Assembly: GCA_964234715.1 (NCBI GenBank)
Contig: OZ174279.1
Strand: one strand, 5' to 3'
Length of the DNA: 64,000 nt
Source of the DNA: Podarcis melisellensis
Lineage: Eukaryota
Shown here: one piece after another, positions 1-37,925 of the stretch
How the letters are laid out: every line of letters begins with the position of its first letter
Position numbering within the stretch: the first letter of the stretch is position 1
The notes under the pieces: model-generated
Databases searched by the model: none
Seen by the model: only the letters and a program-made list of their open reading frames with translations
Told to the model about the DNA's origin: nothing
Position numbers and translations under genes: made by a program

Positions 1-313
1 CTATACATGTTAACTCAGAAATAGCTCAATGGGACTTGCTCCCAGAGAAGTGGGTACAGGAATATGGCGTTATCATTCCTGTTCCCAAGCAACTAAAATT
101 GGGAGCCAAGAAACCCTTGATCACCTACTGAAGATCATCCAGGGGTCTCCTACCAGTAGGTTTTTGTCTGCTTTCTGCCTACCCCTGCCTTACAGTATAA
201 ATCAGAGAGTATGGGTTTTCCTAGGAAAGTGGCACCTACCTGGAGGAAATCAGGCTGTGACAGCCATGCTTGAAAAAAGAATAGCTAGGAATCCTTGTTC
301 TGTCTATCTATAG

Positions 314-10609
<10,296 letters not shown>

Positions 10610-10767
10610 GGCAAATGCGGTGCAAGGAATTCAGGTTCTCAACTGTTCCTGGGCCCAGAACCTGCTCAAAACTCAGAGCAAACAGCAGATACCAGCTGGC
10701 ACAAAAATGATAGCTGAAAGGATTGTCTCCCTGCCTCCCTGCCTCACCACCAGCCTTGGGGTGACAT

Positions 10768-10768
<1 letters not shown>

Positions 10769-10798
<30 letters not shown>

Positions 10799-10801
10799 CA
10801 A
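10769..10801 (+). repeat. (CAG)7(CAA)4 in LOXL4 3'UTR
   Basis: Direct reading. Confidence 0.9.
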
Positions 10802-11491
10802 CTATCCTTGCAGTGCCTGTTGCCCCTTGCCTGCTTATCACAGCCCAGCCTGCACGGTCTGCTTCCTATTTTTACAGAGGTTGGCAGCTATGGACAAAAA
10901 TGGGGCTGAAATGAGCTGGGAGGCTATAGAGTCTTCTCTCTCCACCCCCACCCCTACCCCACCCAGGCCAAGAAAGTAGCACTGCTCAGAAGAGGCCGTT
11001 CCTCTTGCCTCTCTGGCAGATGGGCACGGGAGCAGCCCAGCCCAGAGCGACTACCTCAACCAGCTCCACCCGCTGAAGAATTCTGCCTCAGGAGCCCACG
11101 TATTTGGGGGCGGCCCTGTTTGCTGGCTAGTCCCACAGGCACCCCCACCTCTACCACTGGCATGGAGGAGCCACCTTCCTGCCCATGGGCACAGAACCCT
11201 GTGACGTATCTTTGAGTCCGAGGGAAACCAGGCATCTGGGCCCTTGCCTGCTACACGCTCCAGCCAGGACGTTCCTGAGGCTTAAACTTTAAGGGATTGG
11301 GGAAGAGGGTCTGGTGCTATCTGTGGAGTTATTTAATGTGCAATGGACTGTGATGGCCGACAGCATGGAGGGCAAAGGCCCTGTGTAGGGGGGGTCACTT
11401 GGTCACCTCAGGGAAAGGTCCTTGACCCCACTCCACCAGCCCAAGCGCCAAGGGCTCTCCGTCTCCACATTTCATAGAGCTTGTTCCTGCC

Positions 11492-11497
11492 AATAAA
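11492..11497 (+). terminator. Probable LOXL4 polyadenylation signal (AATAAA)
   Basis: AATAAA followed by a GT/T-rich tract about 0.9 kb after the stop; further AATAAA at 12635 and 12681. Confidence 0.55.
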
Positions 11498-11942
11498 GGT
11501 TGTTGTGTTTTGTTTTTTTTAAAAAAACTAGGCAATGGTGTTTGTGTGACTGAGTCATAGAGTGGAGTAAAAACACAGAGGTATGCAGTGCCTCCATTGA
11601 GGGTTGCTGCTTCTTCGCTCTTCCTGCAGGAGGCAAGACAACAGGGCAAGCAGAGGAAGGCAGAGGGGTGGGGGACTCTGACGCAATCTTTCAGGGGGTC
11701 ACATGCCCAGAAGTGGGTGGGGCCAGAGGTAAAAGTGGGTGGGGCAATGAATATAAACATCACCTATGGCATCCCTCTCCTCCATACAGACAAGAGTTCC
11801 AGGACACATTCCAGCCACTGAAAAGCTCAAAGAGCAAAGTGAGAGAAGGTTGTGGCCTGAGAGTCCAAAGGGCCAAACAGAGAGGGCTGGGGGTTGCGAC
11901 TGACTGCTGGGCCTAACATTCCCCATGCCTGGAGAAGCACTT

Positions 11943-12071
11943 CAGGGTTTCCCAAATTCCAGCTGTTTTTGGACTACAATTCCCATCATCCCTGACCACT
12001 GGCCCTGCTAGCTAGGGATGATGGGAGCTGTAGTCCAAAAACAGCTAGAGATTCAAGCTTGGGAAACCCTG
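11943..12071. mobile_element. Palindromic MITE (hAT-like)
   Basis: TIR CAGGGTTTCCCAA/TTGGGAAACCCTG; internal inverted arms AGCTGTTTTTGGACTACA..CCCATCATCCCT. Confidence 0.8.
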
Positions 12072-15000
12072 CCCTACTTCACGAGCCACAGCATTTATAG
12101 GACAATCCCTGAGAAGGCTCTTTCTCTCCGCGAGTGCAGCAGAGGGTGGGAACAGCTGGTGACTATGAAGCCAGATGGAGCACACACCTTGCAGGAGGAG
12201 TGAGGCTGCTGTCCTATGATCAAGGACGACAATGTAGATAGCTAACGATGTGTGGTCACAAGTGGAGTCTTCATGCGATGTTTAAAGAAGCCAGGCTGAA
12301 AGTCCGGGTCATAGCAAAGTGGTATCTCTCCCCTCACTCAGCGCTGACTCCATTGCAGTGCTCCCCCTCCCCAGGCAATGAGCAAAGCCTGGAGAAATGG
12401 CAGGTGGACAGCAGCTGCTTGCAATCCATCAGGTCTTGTGGGTTGGGGAGGGGGGTAGCCCTCAGGCCTGTGTCAAGGCATGAAGAGGAATGGGTGGGAG
12501 TGATTTATGCCTGCCTGCAGCAAAGGCAAGACCCTGCGGCCTTATTGATTCCCCAGCACTGCAGTGGAGCCATATACCAAGACCAACAGCTTCACTCTTA
12601 CTTCTTGTCCTTCCTTGCCTCCCTACTGAACTCAAATAAAAGGGCATGTCCCTGTTCCTAAGCCTGGCCTGCAAGAGATCAATAAATACCTGAAGTTCTG
12701 CTGCGTTCCAAAGCCCTTCTGGCAGCCAGCCCCACTCATTTCGGGGTGCATCTTGACCTAAGGGAGAGGAAGGGTGGAGGGCACAGAACCACTCCACAAA
12801 TATATGCCTCTGTTCCACCTCCAGAGCAGAGCGAAGGGAGCAGAAGGGGGAAAGCAAGCAGAGGTCAGCTTGACCAAGGCACTCCTGAAGCATTTGGCTA
12901 GACAGGAAATTACAGAAAAAGCAAAGGCATATAAAGGGCCAAGCCGAAGAGTTGCACCCCCCAAATTAAGCAGCACCTGCTACATTCCTCTGTAGAGGGT
13001 GTCTCACCACCCCTTCTAGCCAGCACCCAAAGTGTGAGCCAACATTTGGGGTTAAACTCCAGGGGAATTTAAAAATCTTCTGTGCCCCTTTTGTCCAGCA
13101 GATGTTAGGATAATCTGGAAGGGCTCCATGCTTTGACAGATCTGGACGTCCTGCTCCGTGGCTTGACCAGAAGAGCCAACGGCAACCAGGGACACCTTGT
13201 GCAGCCTTGTTCATGTCTGGCTAAAGGCAGAGAGTATTAAATGGGTTCTGAAGAGAGCCTGTTCATAGCACGAAGCCCCAGGAGGGTGAGGCAGCAGAAG
13301 GTAATCACTCCTGGAGCCTGGGTGGGACAGAGAGAGCAAGGAGGAGTGTTCAAAACAGGAAGACTTTATGATGTAATAAAGCCCTTGTGTGGAATTTAGC
13401 ATCATTTTCAGTTCCCAAGGTGTTTTTGTGAAGAGTGTTTTTTTGCCCCTTCTTGCTCCCTTTTCACATTTGGCCGCCTGCCTCTCCTCCATTTCTTCCA
13501 CTTCCAAAGTTTGCACATTCTTATGAATTACACTTCCTTTGGCATCCTACACCCACTGGCACCCTCCTCGCTTGGGTGGGGTTCCTTGTTTTTAGCTGCT
13601 TCCTGAACTTTCAGTGCCACAACATTGCTTTGAAGATCTGCCCGGTTCCTCCGGTCCCAATAGCTCCCATGCTCTTGCTTTGACTACAACCTCCTCTCTG
13701 ATCTTGCATTAAACCATTTCCACCTGTTTACCACCCTCTTTTTACGCTATACTAAGATTAGCCAGCTCACCTTCCACACAGCACTTCAAGTGAGAGAGAA
13801 AAGGGAAGTGGGAAGCTTTCATTTCAAAATAGACCAGACTCGATTTAGCCTGGGGTCCATTCACTTCAATGCTGGGATTAAAAGGATGTGGGACACCTTC
13901 ATGTTCCTCCCTCCCCATCCTGAGTATCGCTGCTGTCCAATATTCACTGCTTTCCTTTGGAGCCCAATACAAAGCCAGTGTTGTTGCCTTCCTTCCCTGG
14001 GTGCACTTGCCTCCTGCCCAGTTTCATCTCCTGCTCTCCATGGCCTTGGGCCCCTGATCTCTCTGCTCTTCTGTCCCAGGACATCCCTACCTGATGCTCC
14101 TCCAAGCTCAGTCATCTGTTCTCTCAAAAGAAGGCCAAGGGAACCTTCTTCATTCTCAGGGCCCTATCTCCTCATAGGCAACTCTCTTGGCGATACGTTT
14201 CGATGGTGGACAGGGCTGGAGACAAAAGCAGGTGTAGCCACAGACAGGACACACACTTTGTGGTGTAGGCGACATTCCAGCCACAAGCAAGCACCTCTTT
14301 GCTGCCACCCAAGCAAGCAAGAGGGGCTCACGGTTGAGCGGCACATTCCAGCCTGGCAAAAGCACTCAGAGAGGGTGCAGAGCAGGGCTGGTGGGGTGTG
14401 TGGGCTGAAGAGAGTGCAAGGGCCAAGTAGAGAGGCCTAGAGGGCTGCGTTTGGCAGGCCCTGGACCTGAGGCACCTCAGCTCCTTCATTTTTGTCTTAT
14501 ACACTCATTCACAACCTTGAAAGGCTGCTTCGGAGATCAGGAAAGGTGGACTTTGGGAGATCCAATCCAAATCAGACACTGAAGCTACTATAAGCTCAGT
14601 GTGTGTGTGTGTTGGGGGGGGGGGATGACAGGTACTGAAGCTGTACTTGTCATCTTCTTTTCCTTTGTAATGTTGCAGAGATAATAGCGGGTTTGGGAGG
14701 CTGGGGAAATTAGATTGGTAAAACAAGGGCAGAAGGAATTAAAAGCACTCTCCCAGACTGCCACTTCCCACATCTCTGAAACAACCATATGGGGTTGCTA
14801 ATTAGTAATAATACTTTTTTTAAAAAAAAAATTTAAAGCATAGTTCTCCAGCATCCTATATAGCTTGGCAGTGTAAGGCAGCCAATTCAGAGGGCATGTG
14901 AAAGGTAAACATTAAACTAGCTTGATGGTTCAGTTCTGCTCTCTTAAAATTCTCTTTCAAGTTGAAACCCACTCAGTGCAGGCTCCGGGCAATTTCTGAT

Positions 15001-16109
15001 GTTGCGAAGCCAGGAGATACACATTGGGACCTGGTCTCTGGCTTCTGGGGCTACTTCAGCTGCTTCCCTGGATATTAAATCGGTCTTCAAAGTCTTGGTC
15101 TCAGTCCCAGTGGACCTGGGTTCAGAGTTCAGGCAAAACATTCCTTCCTGTAGAAGACAGCCTCTACCATGAACTTGAATTCCCAGTGATATGCATCCAT
15201 AGTCACAATATATGTCGATGTTTTGAAGCTCATTGCACAGGGAGCTGTTTTTTAAAACTCTTTAGGTGAAAACCATCTAAATTGCCATAACCAGAGTCTG
15301 CCTGACCACGATCTTCCAAGCTCTTGTCATTACCAACAAGTCCTATCCTACAGTTGTTTGCTGCTACCAAGGCTTGTCTGGTAATGTGCTATGCTGTCCT
15401 CTTGCAGAACGCACATTTTACAAGAGGATGGTGGCCTTAAAAAACCCAAAAAACCCACATATTATCCTTCTGTACAATATGGGCCATTGTGTACTAATGC
15501 ACTTTCCTCTCTCCCCGAGGTGTAATATAGACTCAAAACATGGTTGCCAACTATCAGCGCTGAAGAGGAATAAAGCAGCTGCTGCCACAGCTATAGGTCT
15601 GGGCTTCTGAGCTTCTCAAAGAGGGAAGGGCATTTCACAAGCATCAGATGCCAAAGCTGGGCTTTGGGAAAAGGTTGTTTAGCCAGACCCAGAGGACGCA
15701 AGGCAAGGGCATTTGTACTTTTATGCTGTGAATTGCCCTGTGATCTTCGAATAAAAGGCAGTATATAATTTTAATACATAACAAAATAATAATAAATAAG
15801 GGTGGCTGACCGCCACATCTGTGACTCCACTGCCCCTCCTCTGCTGCCTTACCTGCTTGCACATGTGGGGGGGGGGCACGCTTGCCATGCTTTTGGACCT
15901 GAGGCTGAGTAAGGTTAGCCACCCCAACACAAAACTTTTCATGGAGGCTGGACTAACCATCTGGAGCAATGGACAGGGGAGAAGACAGTGAACTCTCCAG
16001 TGTTGTAGCCTCTTGAGGTCAAGCCCAGCAGACCAGGGAAACGCAAGGACAGCCTCTCTACATTTGACTGTACCCGGATACTGATACCATTCTCCAAGGT
16101 CTTTCTTCG

Positions 16110-16430
16110 TTTGCCTCCTCCACAAACATCCAGAGGGTGGCAACACGAGAAAGGGCCTTTTCTGCAGTGGCTCCCCTTTTGTGGAATGGTCTCCCCAAGA
16201 AGATTTGGCTGGTGCCTTCATTATACACCTGTAGGTGCCAGGCAAAAACATTCCTCTTCAACCAGGCCTTTGGCTGATTGACATCTGATGCCCTTTCAAA
16301 TGTGTTGTGTGTGTGGGGGGGAGAATTATTGTTTCGTTGTTATTTTTACTATGTTGTGAACCACCCTGAGTTCTACAGGTGTAGGGCGGTATACTAACTA
16401 ACTAAATGTATGTGTGTATGTATGTATTGT
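16110..16430 (+). mobile_element. L2 3' fragment
   Basis: RAFSAVAPLLWNGLP...KTFLFNQAF* followed by a typical L2 3' end and simple-repeat tail. Confidence 0.75.
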
Positions 16431-16454
16431 TTTTTTGGGGGGTGTACATACACA

Positions 16455-16629
16455 CAGTGCTTTTTTCTGGGGGGGACACAGGGGTATGTATACCTCTAAA
16501 CATTTTGTGAATCTCTGTACTTATGTCCTTTTACTGTATTTATTTTCTCCAATTTGAACTATAAAATGGTGATTTTCTTGAGTCAAAATGAGAGTACCCC
16601 TAAACATTTTTTAAAAGAAAAAAGCACTG
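16455..16629. mobile_element. hAT-type MITE, inverted copy of the 3539-3718 family
   Basis: Same TIR; interior is the reverse complement of the first copy; TSD degraded. Confidence 0.85.
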
Positions 16630-16942
16630 TACACACTCACACCCGGTCCCTACATATTATTCTGAAGGCCTTCAAAACAATGGTTAGCTGCATGTGTAGC
16701 ACAAATTCTGTCAATCTAACACAAAGGCAATGAGGAGGAGTGAGGAGAAGAGAGACTGAACCAAGGTCCATCAGGATGGAGGTGCAGAAACAGCCACCCA
16801 ACACAGGACTTGAGGCACAAATTCACGAGGAATGCTCTGCATTGGGGCATTAAGGTGGCTTTGACTAGAGAGTAAGTCCCACTGAACTTTTACTTCTGAG
16901 CAACGCGTCTAGGACTGCATAAAGTCTCCTGATCAAGGAACA

Positions 16943-17048
16943 AAAGAAACAAGCCAAGCATTTCTGAGGGAAAGAGTAGCCTGAGCAGAGACATTAAAGA
17001 AACAAGCCAAGCATTTCTGAGGGAAAGAGTAGCCTGAGCAGAGACATT
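16943..17048 (+). repeat. Perfect 53-bp tandem duplication
   Basis: AAAGAAACAAGCC...GCAGAGACATT twice (16943-16995, 16996-17048). Confidence 0.95.
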
Positions 17049-17949
17049 TCCAGCCCTGGTGCTGATGGAAACTCCCTCTCAAGTTGCTCACAAGGCACAG
17101 ATGGCTCATGGCTGCTGGCCTTTCATGTCAGCAGCCTCCACAGGCTGCCAGAAGCTATAAACAGGGGTGGGACACAGTTTAGCCGCTGCGCTGTATCAGT
17201 ATTTAGAGTATTTAATTGGCCCAAATAGACGGGGCTTGTTTTCGGGGAGCAGCTGGCAGGCCGGAGCAAGCCAGGCCTCACCAGGGGGTTAGAGACTACT
17301 GGAACTGCCAGGAAAAGCAGTGAGCACCCATCCGCCTCCCCTTCCAGAACGCTGCCCACATCAGAGTCCCGGGCTCCACCCTGCCCAAGAGGAGACACAA
17401 GAGAGAGCTGTTCCAGGCAGGGAGATGCCTGCGAGCTTGGCTGGCCAGTAAACACTCGGCCTGCCAGCACATTCCAGGCTTGAGAGCTGTCTTGGCCTAC
17501 CTTGACCTGACCCCGGGCAAAGCTAAACAGGACTGGATGCTTCTGAGACAATATTTCCCATGCAGCGTCTCCCCAGGCTCTGACAAGGCGGCTCCAGTCT
17601 CCCTTTGCCCTCTCTGACCGGAAATCAGGCCATGTGGTGCCACAGACACCCTTTCAAACAGGCTGGGAACGTTTTGCAGCCTGGGGGCCACGTGTCCTCT
17701 TTGGCAGCCTTCAGGGGGCCACATACCAAAGGCGGGTGGGGCCAGAAGCAAAAGGGACTGGAGCAACAAGTGCCAATTTGCTCATCTCTCTGTATTTGCC
17801 ATCCAGGAAGTGCAAGGATACAGGCTGGGCAGGAAAAAAAACACTCAAGGAGGCTGCAATGCAGGGCCAGCAAGGGGTGTGGCCAGTGGAGGAGGGGTGT
17901 GGCCTGGGGAGAGTTCCAAGGGCCAAGCAGAGAGTTCTGGAGGGCCATA

Positions 17950-18180
17950 CAGTGGTACCTCGGGTTAAGAACTTAATTCGTTCTGGAGGTCTGTTCTTAA
18001 CCTGAAACTGTTCTTAACCTGAGGTACCACTTTAGCTAATGGGGCCTCCCGCTGCCGCCGCACAATTTCTGTTCTCATCCTGAAGCAAAGTTCTTAACCC
18101 GAGGTACTATTTCTGGGTTAGCGGAGTCTGTAACCTGAAGCGTCTGTAACCTGAAGCATCTGTAAACCAAGGTACCACGG
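17950..18180. mobile_element. Tc1/mariner (Tigger-like) MITE
   Basis: TA|CAGTGGTACCTCGGGTTA...AAACCAAGGTACCACGG|TA; internal TAACCTGA repeats. Confidence 0.85.
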
Positions 18181-19196
18181 TATTTGCTTCCCCCCATCCC
18201 TACCTTGAAGCATCAGCCAAGAGGACTCTGCCTCCCCACTCCCATTTAGTCCTCCTGAGCACCACTCCCATTCTTACGGCCTGTGAATCCCAAGTCTCTA
18301 CCCGCTGCTGGGCCTGGGACCCGTTGTGCTGCATTTGGGCTGCAGTGGTGCCTGCTCCCTCCGTGCTGTTGTCCTTGGGTCTCGAACTCTGGGGTAAGCA
18401 GGCAGCGGCAGCCGCTACTCAGGGAGCCAAGTTGCTCCCAGGGTGTTGACCCCAAACACAGCTGGGAGAGTCTGACCACAGGAATCTCCGGCACGGCCTA
18501 GCAGGGGCGTGTTGTCGATGTCAGTTTACAAGGAAGTGGCCAATCTGCCTGTAGCTCGGGTGTTTGTAATCAGGCTACCTGGAACAGAGAGGACTTTGTC
18601 TGCTGCCCCTGGGGAGGCATTCCTGAGGGGGTCGGTGCCCGTAAAGCGAAATCCAACCTTTCCTGCAAGCTGGCCAGAGCAAGCATGTTTGTGCTGTGAC
18701 CTGGGTCCGGCTGCTATTACAAGCCCTATATTCACAAGGTGGGAATGACATGCCGCAGGGGCCTCTGCCAAAGCATTCCTGCTATGAGGAGGGGAATCCC
18801 AGCAGCAGCAGCAGCAATATCCTGGTAGGGCCAGGGATCTTGCATACAGCTTGGGTGGCAAAGGCCTCCCATAAACATGCCAGCTTCCCAGCACACACAA
18901 GGGAAAAGAGCATCTCAACACCAGCTCTTTACTGGAACTTAGCTCTATCAGGATTCTGCTAACATACAAGAGTTGCTGTTTTCTGTGCATCTGAGGCTGA
19001 CTTCCGGTCAGCATTTGGACATCCTGAGGAGCTGGGAGGAGGTCTGGTTCAGCTGCAGCGTTGGCAACCCATTGGCTGTCACCACTGGCTGTTGCTGAAT
19101 CCACAAGTTTGCAGAGGTTAATTCAAGAGGAACTTGGAAGTAGTGAGGCTGCGTTGCACACTGCACCATGTGAATTTTTTAAAAAATAAAAAAGCC

Positions 19197-19202
19197 TTTA
19201 AT
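19197..19202 (-). terminator. Candidate R3HCC1L polyadenylation signal (ATTAAA)
   Basis: ATTAAA on - strand about 0.5 kb after the stop, followed by a T-rich tract; another ATTAAA at 17211-17216. Confidence 0.45.
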
Positions 19203-19693
19203 AAGAAACTCAATGGCGGGCACTTGATCATCCTGGAGGGCCCATTGTAAAAGCTGCCACAGCTCAGTCCAGTCCCACAGAACCCAAGGGCACCACACTG
19301 CTCAGTGGTCTTCCTGCTGCCCACAGTGGAGGACGCAGCGCATCCAAGAAGAGCTGAGCCAACGTCATTTGGATATTGAGGGTTATGTTTCCATGGCACA
19401 AGAAGTGGAACAGTGCCAAGTCTTTGGGCCGGATGCCCAGTGGCAGCTCTTGCAGAGGCACTGCCAACTCCAGCTCCACTGTTTCAGGGTCCCAGGGCAA
19501 GGCTTGCTGGGGCTCATTTGAGCACGTTTCCGCCGCTCAGGAGTGCCTATGTTCTTGCTGCTTAGCCCAAAGGGAGCGGCAGAACTTTCCCCAACGCTGC
19601 CGAGCACAACCTGCCCGCCTGCACCCAAGCCCCAGTCCTGCTCAGGTGAAGTCTCAAGGCATCTCTCCCCTTTCTCCTTGAGATGGTGCGGCC

Positions 19694-35049
<15,356 letters not shown>

Positions 35050-37760
35050 AGTGCTGCCAAGATCTGTAAGAGAGGAAAGCAATCAGTCGAGTGAACAGCA
35101 GAGCAATGTAGCCCCACGTAGGTGTTTGGGGAAGCAGGGAGGGGAGGATAACCTGGAAACAGCAGCACAATCTGTGTCCCACCTGCTGCCTTTTACAGAG
35201 CAGAAATAGTCTACAGCCAGGGGAAGGCAGAGGTGGAACTAGATCAGTAACTCATTTCCTGGCCAAAGGACAGGTGGATTTGGGCATTCAGTTATGCACA
35301 GTTACAATAGCCTCATAACCATGGCTGCATTCTAAGCGCAGGGTACAGCTGTTTTGTCTTACTTTATTTTGCTTTCATGATTCAAATTTTCAGTGATTGT
35401 ACCAGATCTCTTCCAACTTAAAAGAAAAATGGTACAGGAGTTGGCTAGGGTTGAGGCATGTGAGGCAGAAAGGCACAAAGACAGAAGTTGGGAATTGGGA
35501 TGCAGCCCAGAGGGTCTCAAAGATTTTTCTCTGGTTCACACTTTAATAACAAAAATTTGCTCGTGCCATGCCAAATTTTTGAAAGTAAGAAATACACTGG
35601 AAAACACAACTAGGAATGTCATTAGTATCACTTGAGGCTCCTGCTCTCATTTGGAAAAGATATCTATCTATATTCTTCAAATAAAAAATATTATTTTGAT
35701 ATTATACCTGTACTATACTATATAACATTGAAATGTTTAAATGTTTCTTTGATTGTCCTTGGTTTTCCCCGTGACACTTGCAATCCTCTCCTGCCACACT
35801 CTTTGAGAACCACTGATGTAGCCAGTTATAGAGCAGGAAGGGGGAGCTGAAATACTATCCACTGACATTTGACAACCTTGTGTAGCCTCTCCCCTCTACA
35901 ATCTTTGCCAACGTGTTTCCAAACTTCTCTTTGCAACCATGAGGACTAAAAACATGCTCCAAGCACCAGTAATTTCATAACGGTGTGGAACTTCTAAAAC
36001 CGAGGCAGCTTTATTGATTTGTTATTTCCTTAAACAGAGCTACACCTGGAATCAAACATTCTTCCTAAAAAGCTCTATATACCCGCTATTACTCTGTGTT
36101 TTGATTATTCTTTTGGCTCGAGGAACTACCCATGCGTCTTTTATGTGCCTTGCACTAGGATTTAATGGCACCCGGCCCTCTTTGTGGCTTTCACTCTCCC
36201 CCTAAACACTTTCAGAAACAGCTCTCTAGAAAGCAGGGCAACCATGTCCCAGGAAGTCACGGTGACTTTGCTCTGGATGTGAGAGAGATCTAATGTTACA
36301 TGGCTTTTTCATATGCTGGACCTACAGCTACCTTGCTATTTCCAAGAAACTGGTAGAAGCAAGCTCCCACCTGCACATCAGCATCCTGACCCCAGATGCT
36401 TCAAGCCCTAACCAAGATGCTCTAAGGCTTTTATCGGCTTTGCCTCAATCCGGCACAGAGAACCACAGCAGTGCTTGTCGTTGACTCAGAGCACTTCAAA
36501 GTGCAAGAAAGCTAGAAAAGAGATTGCTGCCTTTAAAATGCCAGAGCTATCCTCTCAATTTGACTGTTTCCGTGTCCAACTTATCCATGTCTACTGGACA
36601 GTGTTAAGTACAGGACTGAACAATCAAAACAAGTCAAAATAATAATAATGTAGTTTTAGCCTACACTTGCAACAGTTACCTCCCAGTCTCTCAGCTGGGG
36701 CAGGGTAGGGATGGGGGTCGGACGGACCAATGGTTCCCAAACCACCCCCCCCCCATGGACCACTTGAAAACTGCTGAGGGTCTTGCAGAACCACTTAATG
36801 GGTTTGCTTCTTTTTTTGGCCTGTCATAGCAGTTGATGTGCTAGTTGCTGTCTGCTTTTTAAGTATGCTTTTAATTGCTTCTTTTATTTCTACGGCATTG
36901 TATTTTATGGTATTACAATTTTAATTCCACAGAATTAAAACTGCACTATAATAAAATACAATATAAGAAATAAAAGATAATTAAAATACACTTAAAATCA
37001 ACATATTTAATTTAAGGATGTGCCATTTCCTGTATTCAATCCAAAAACCACAGACACACCATGGTCCACCTGAATGGAGTTCATAGACCATGGATGATGT
37101 ATGGAACTCCTGCTCCAGGCCTTTCTTTTACACTCAGACTTCCTAATCCATGCCCCACAGAATTGGCAATGGCCTTCTCTATCTCTTCCATACGTCTCCC
37201 CTCAAATTAACAAGCCAAATCCACAGCTAGGTCCCCTAACAAGGTGAAGTCCAGATGCTAACTTCATCTCACTTTTAATAAACTGGGCATTAGCTGGCAA
37301 GACAGATTAACACACAGGGGGGAAAGCTTTTCTTATCTAATTAGTAAGATAGGACGCATTTCTGGGCAATTAATGTTCGGAAGCAAGGTTAGCCCCAGAG
37401 GGTGACAAGGTAAGATTTTTGCTGCGATCCCAAGAAATGCAAAATGCCCATTGCCTAAGAACGTGGCCATTCTTATTTTGCACAGAGCACCAGAAAGTAC
37501 AGAAGCTGTGTGAAAGAACCCAGCGAGCAGAGGTCTCTAGCAGAGGTACCCACTATGATGCTCTGCATATGTTACTGGACTACAATTCCCATCATCCTTG
37601 ATCACTGGCCAGCTGGCTAGTCCATCAACACCTGGAGGGCACCATGCTGCCTCCCTCTGATCTAGAGGTATTAAAGGTAGGTAAAATCTAGAGGTATTCT
37701 TCTTGCTCAGGGAATGAGAGGTCCTGTGTTAAATCTAGGAGAAGAAGCTGAAAAACCAAT

Positions 37761-37925
37761 GCTCAGTGGCAGCGCACATGCATTACATGCAGAAGATATC
37801 TAGTCTGAACCCTGGCATCCTTTAAAAAAAGGATAAGGCAGCAGATGGTGAGAAAGACCTCTGTCTGAGACCCTGGAGAGCTATTATCACTCAGTGCAGA
37901 CAGTTGCTGGGGTAGGTGGACAGAT
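37761..37925 (+). mobile_element. Degraded Squam2-like SINE
   Basis: GCTCAGTGG head and CTGAGACCCTGGAGAGC body shared with the 57415 copy. Confidence 0.5.

Noticed and set aside
35050-35082. ORF-track start upstream of MQPDTE
   Set aside because: The non-ATG start lies in the polypyrimidine tract of the intron; the acceptor is at 35063.
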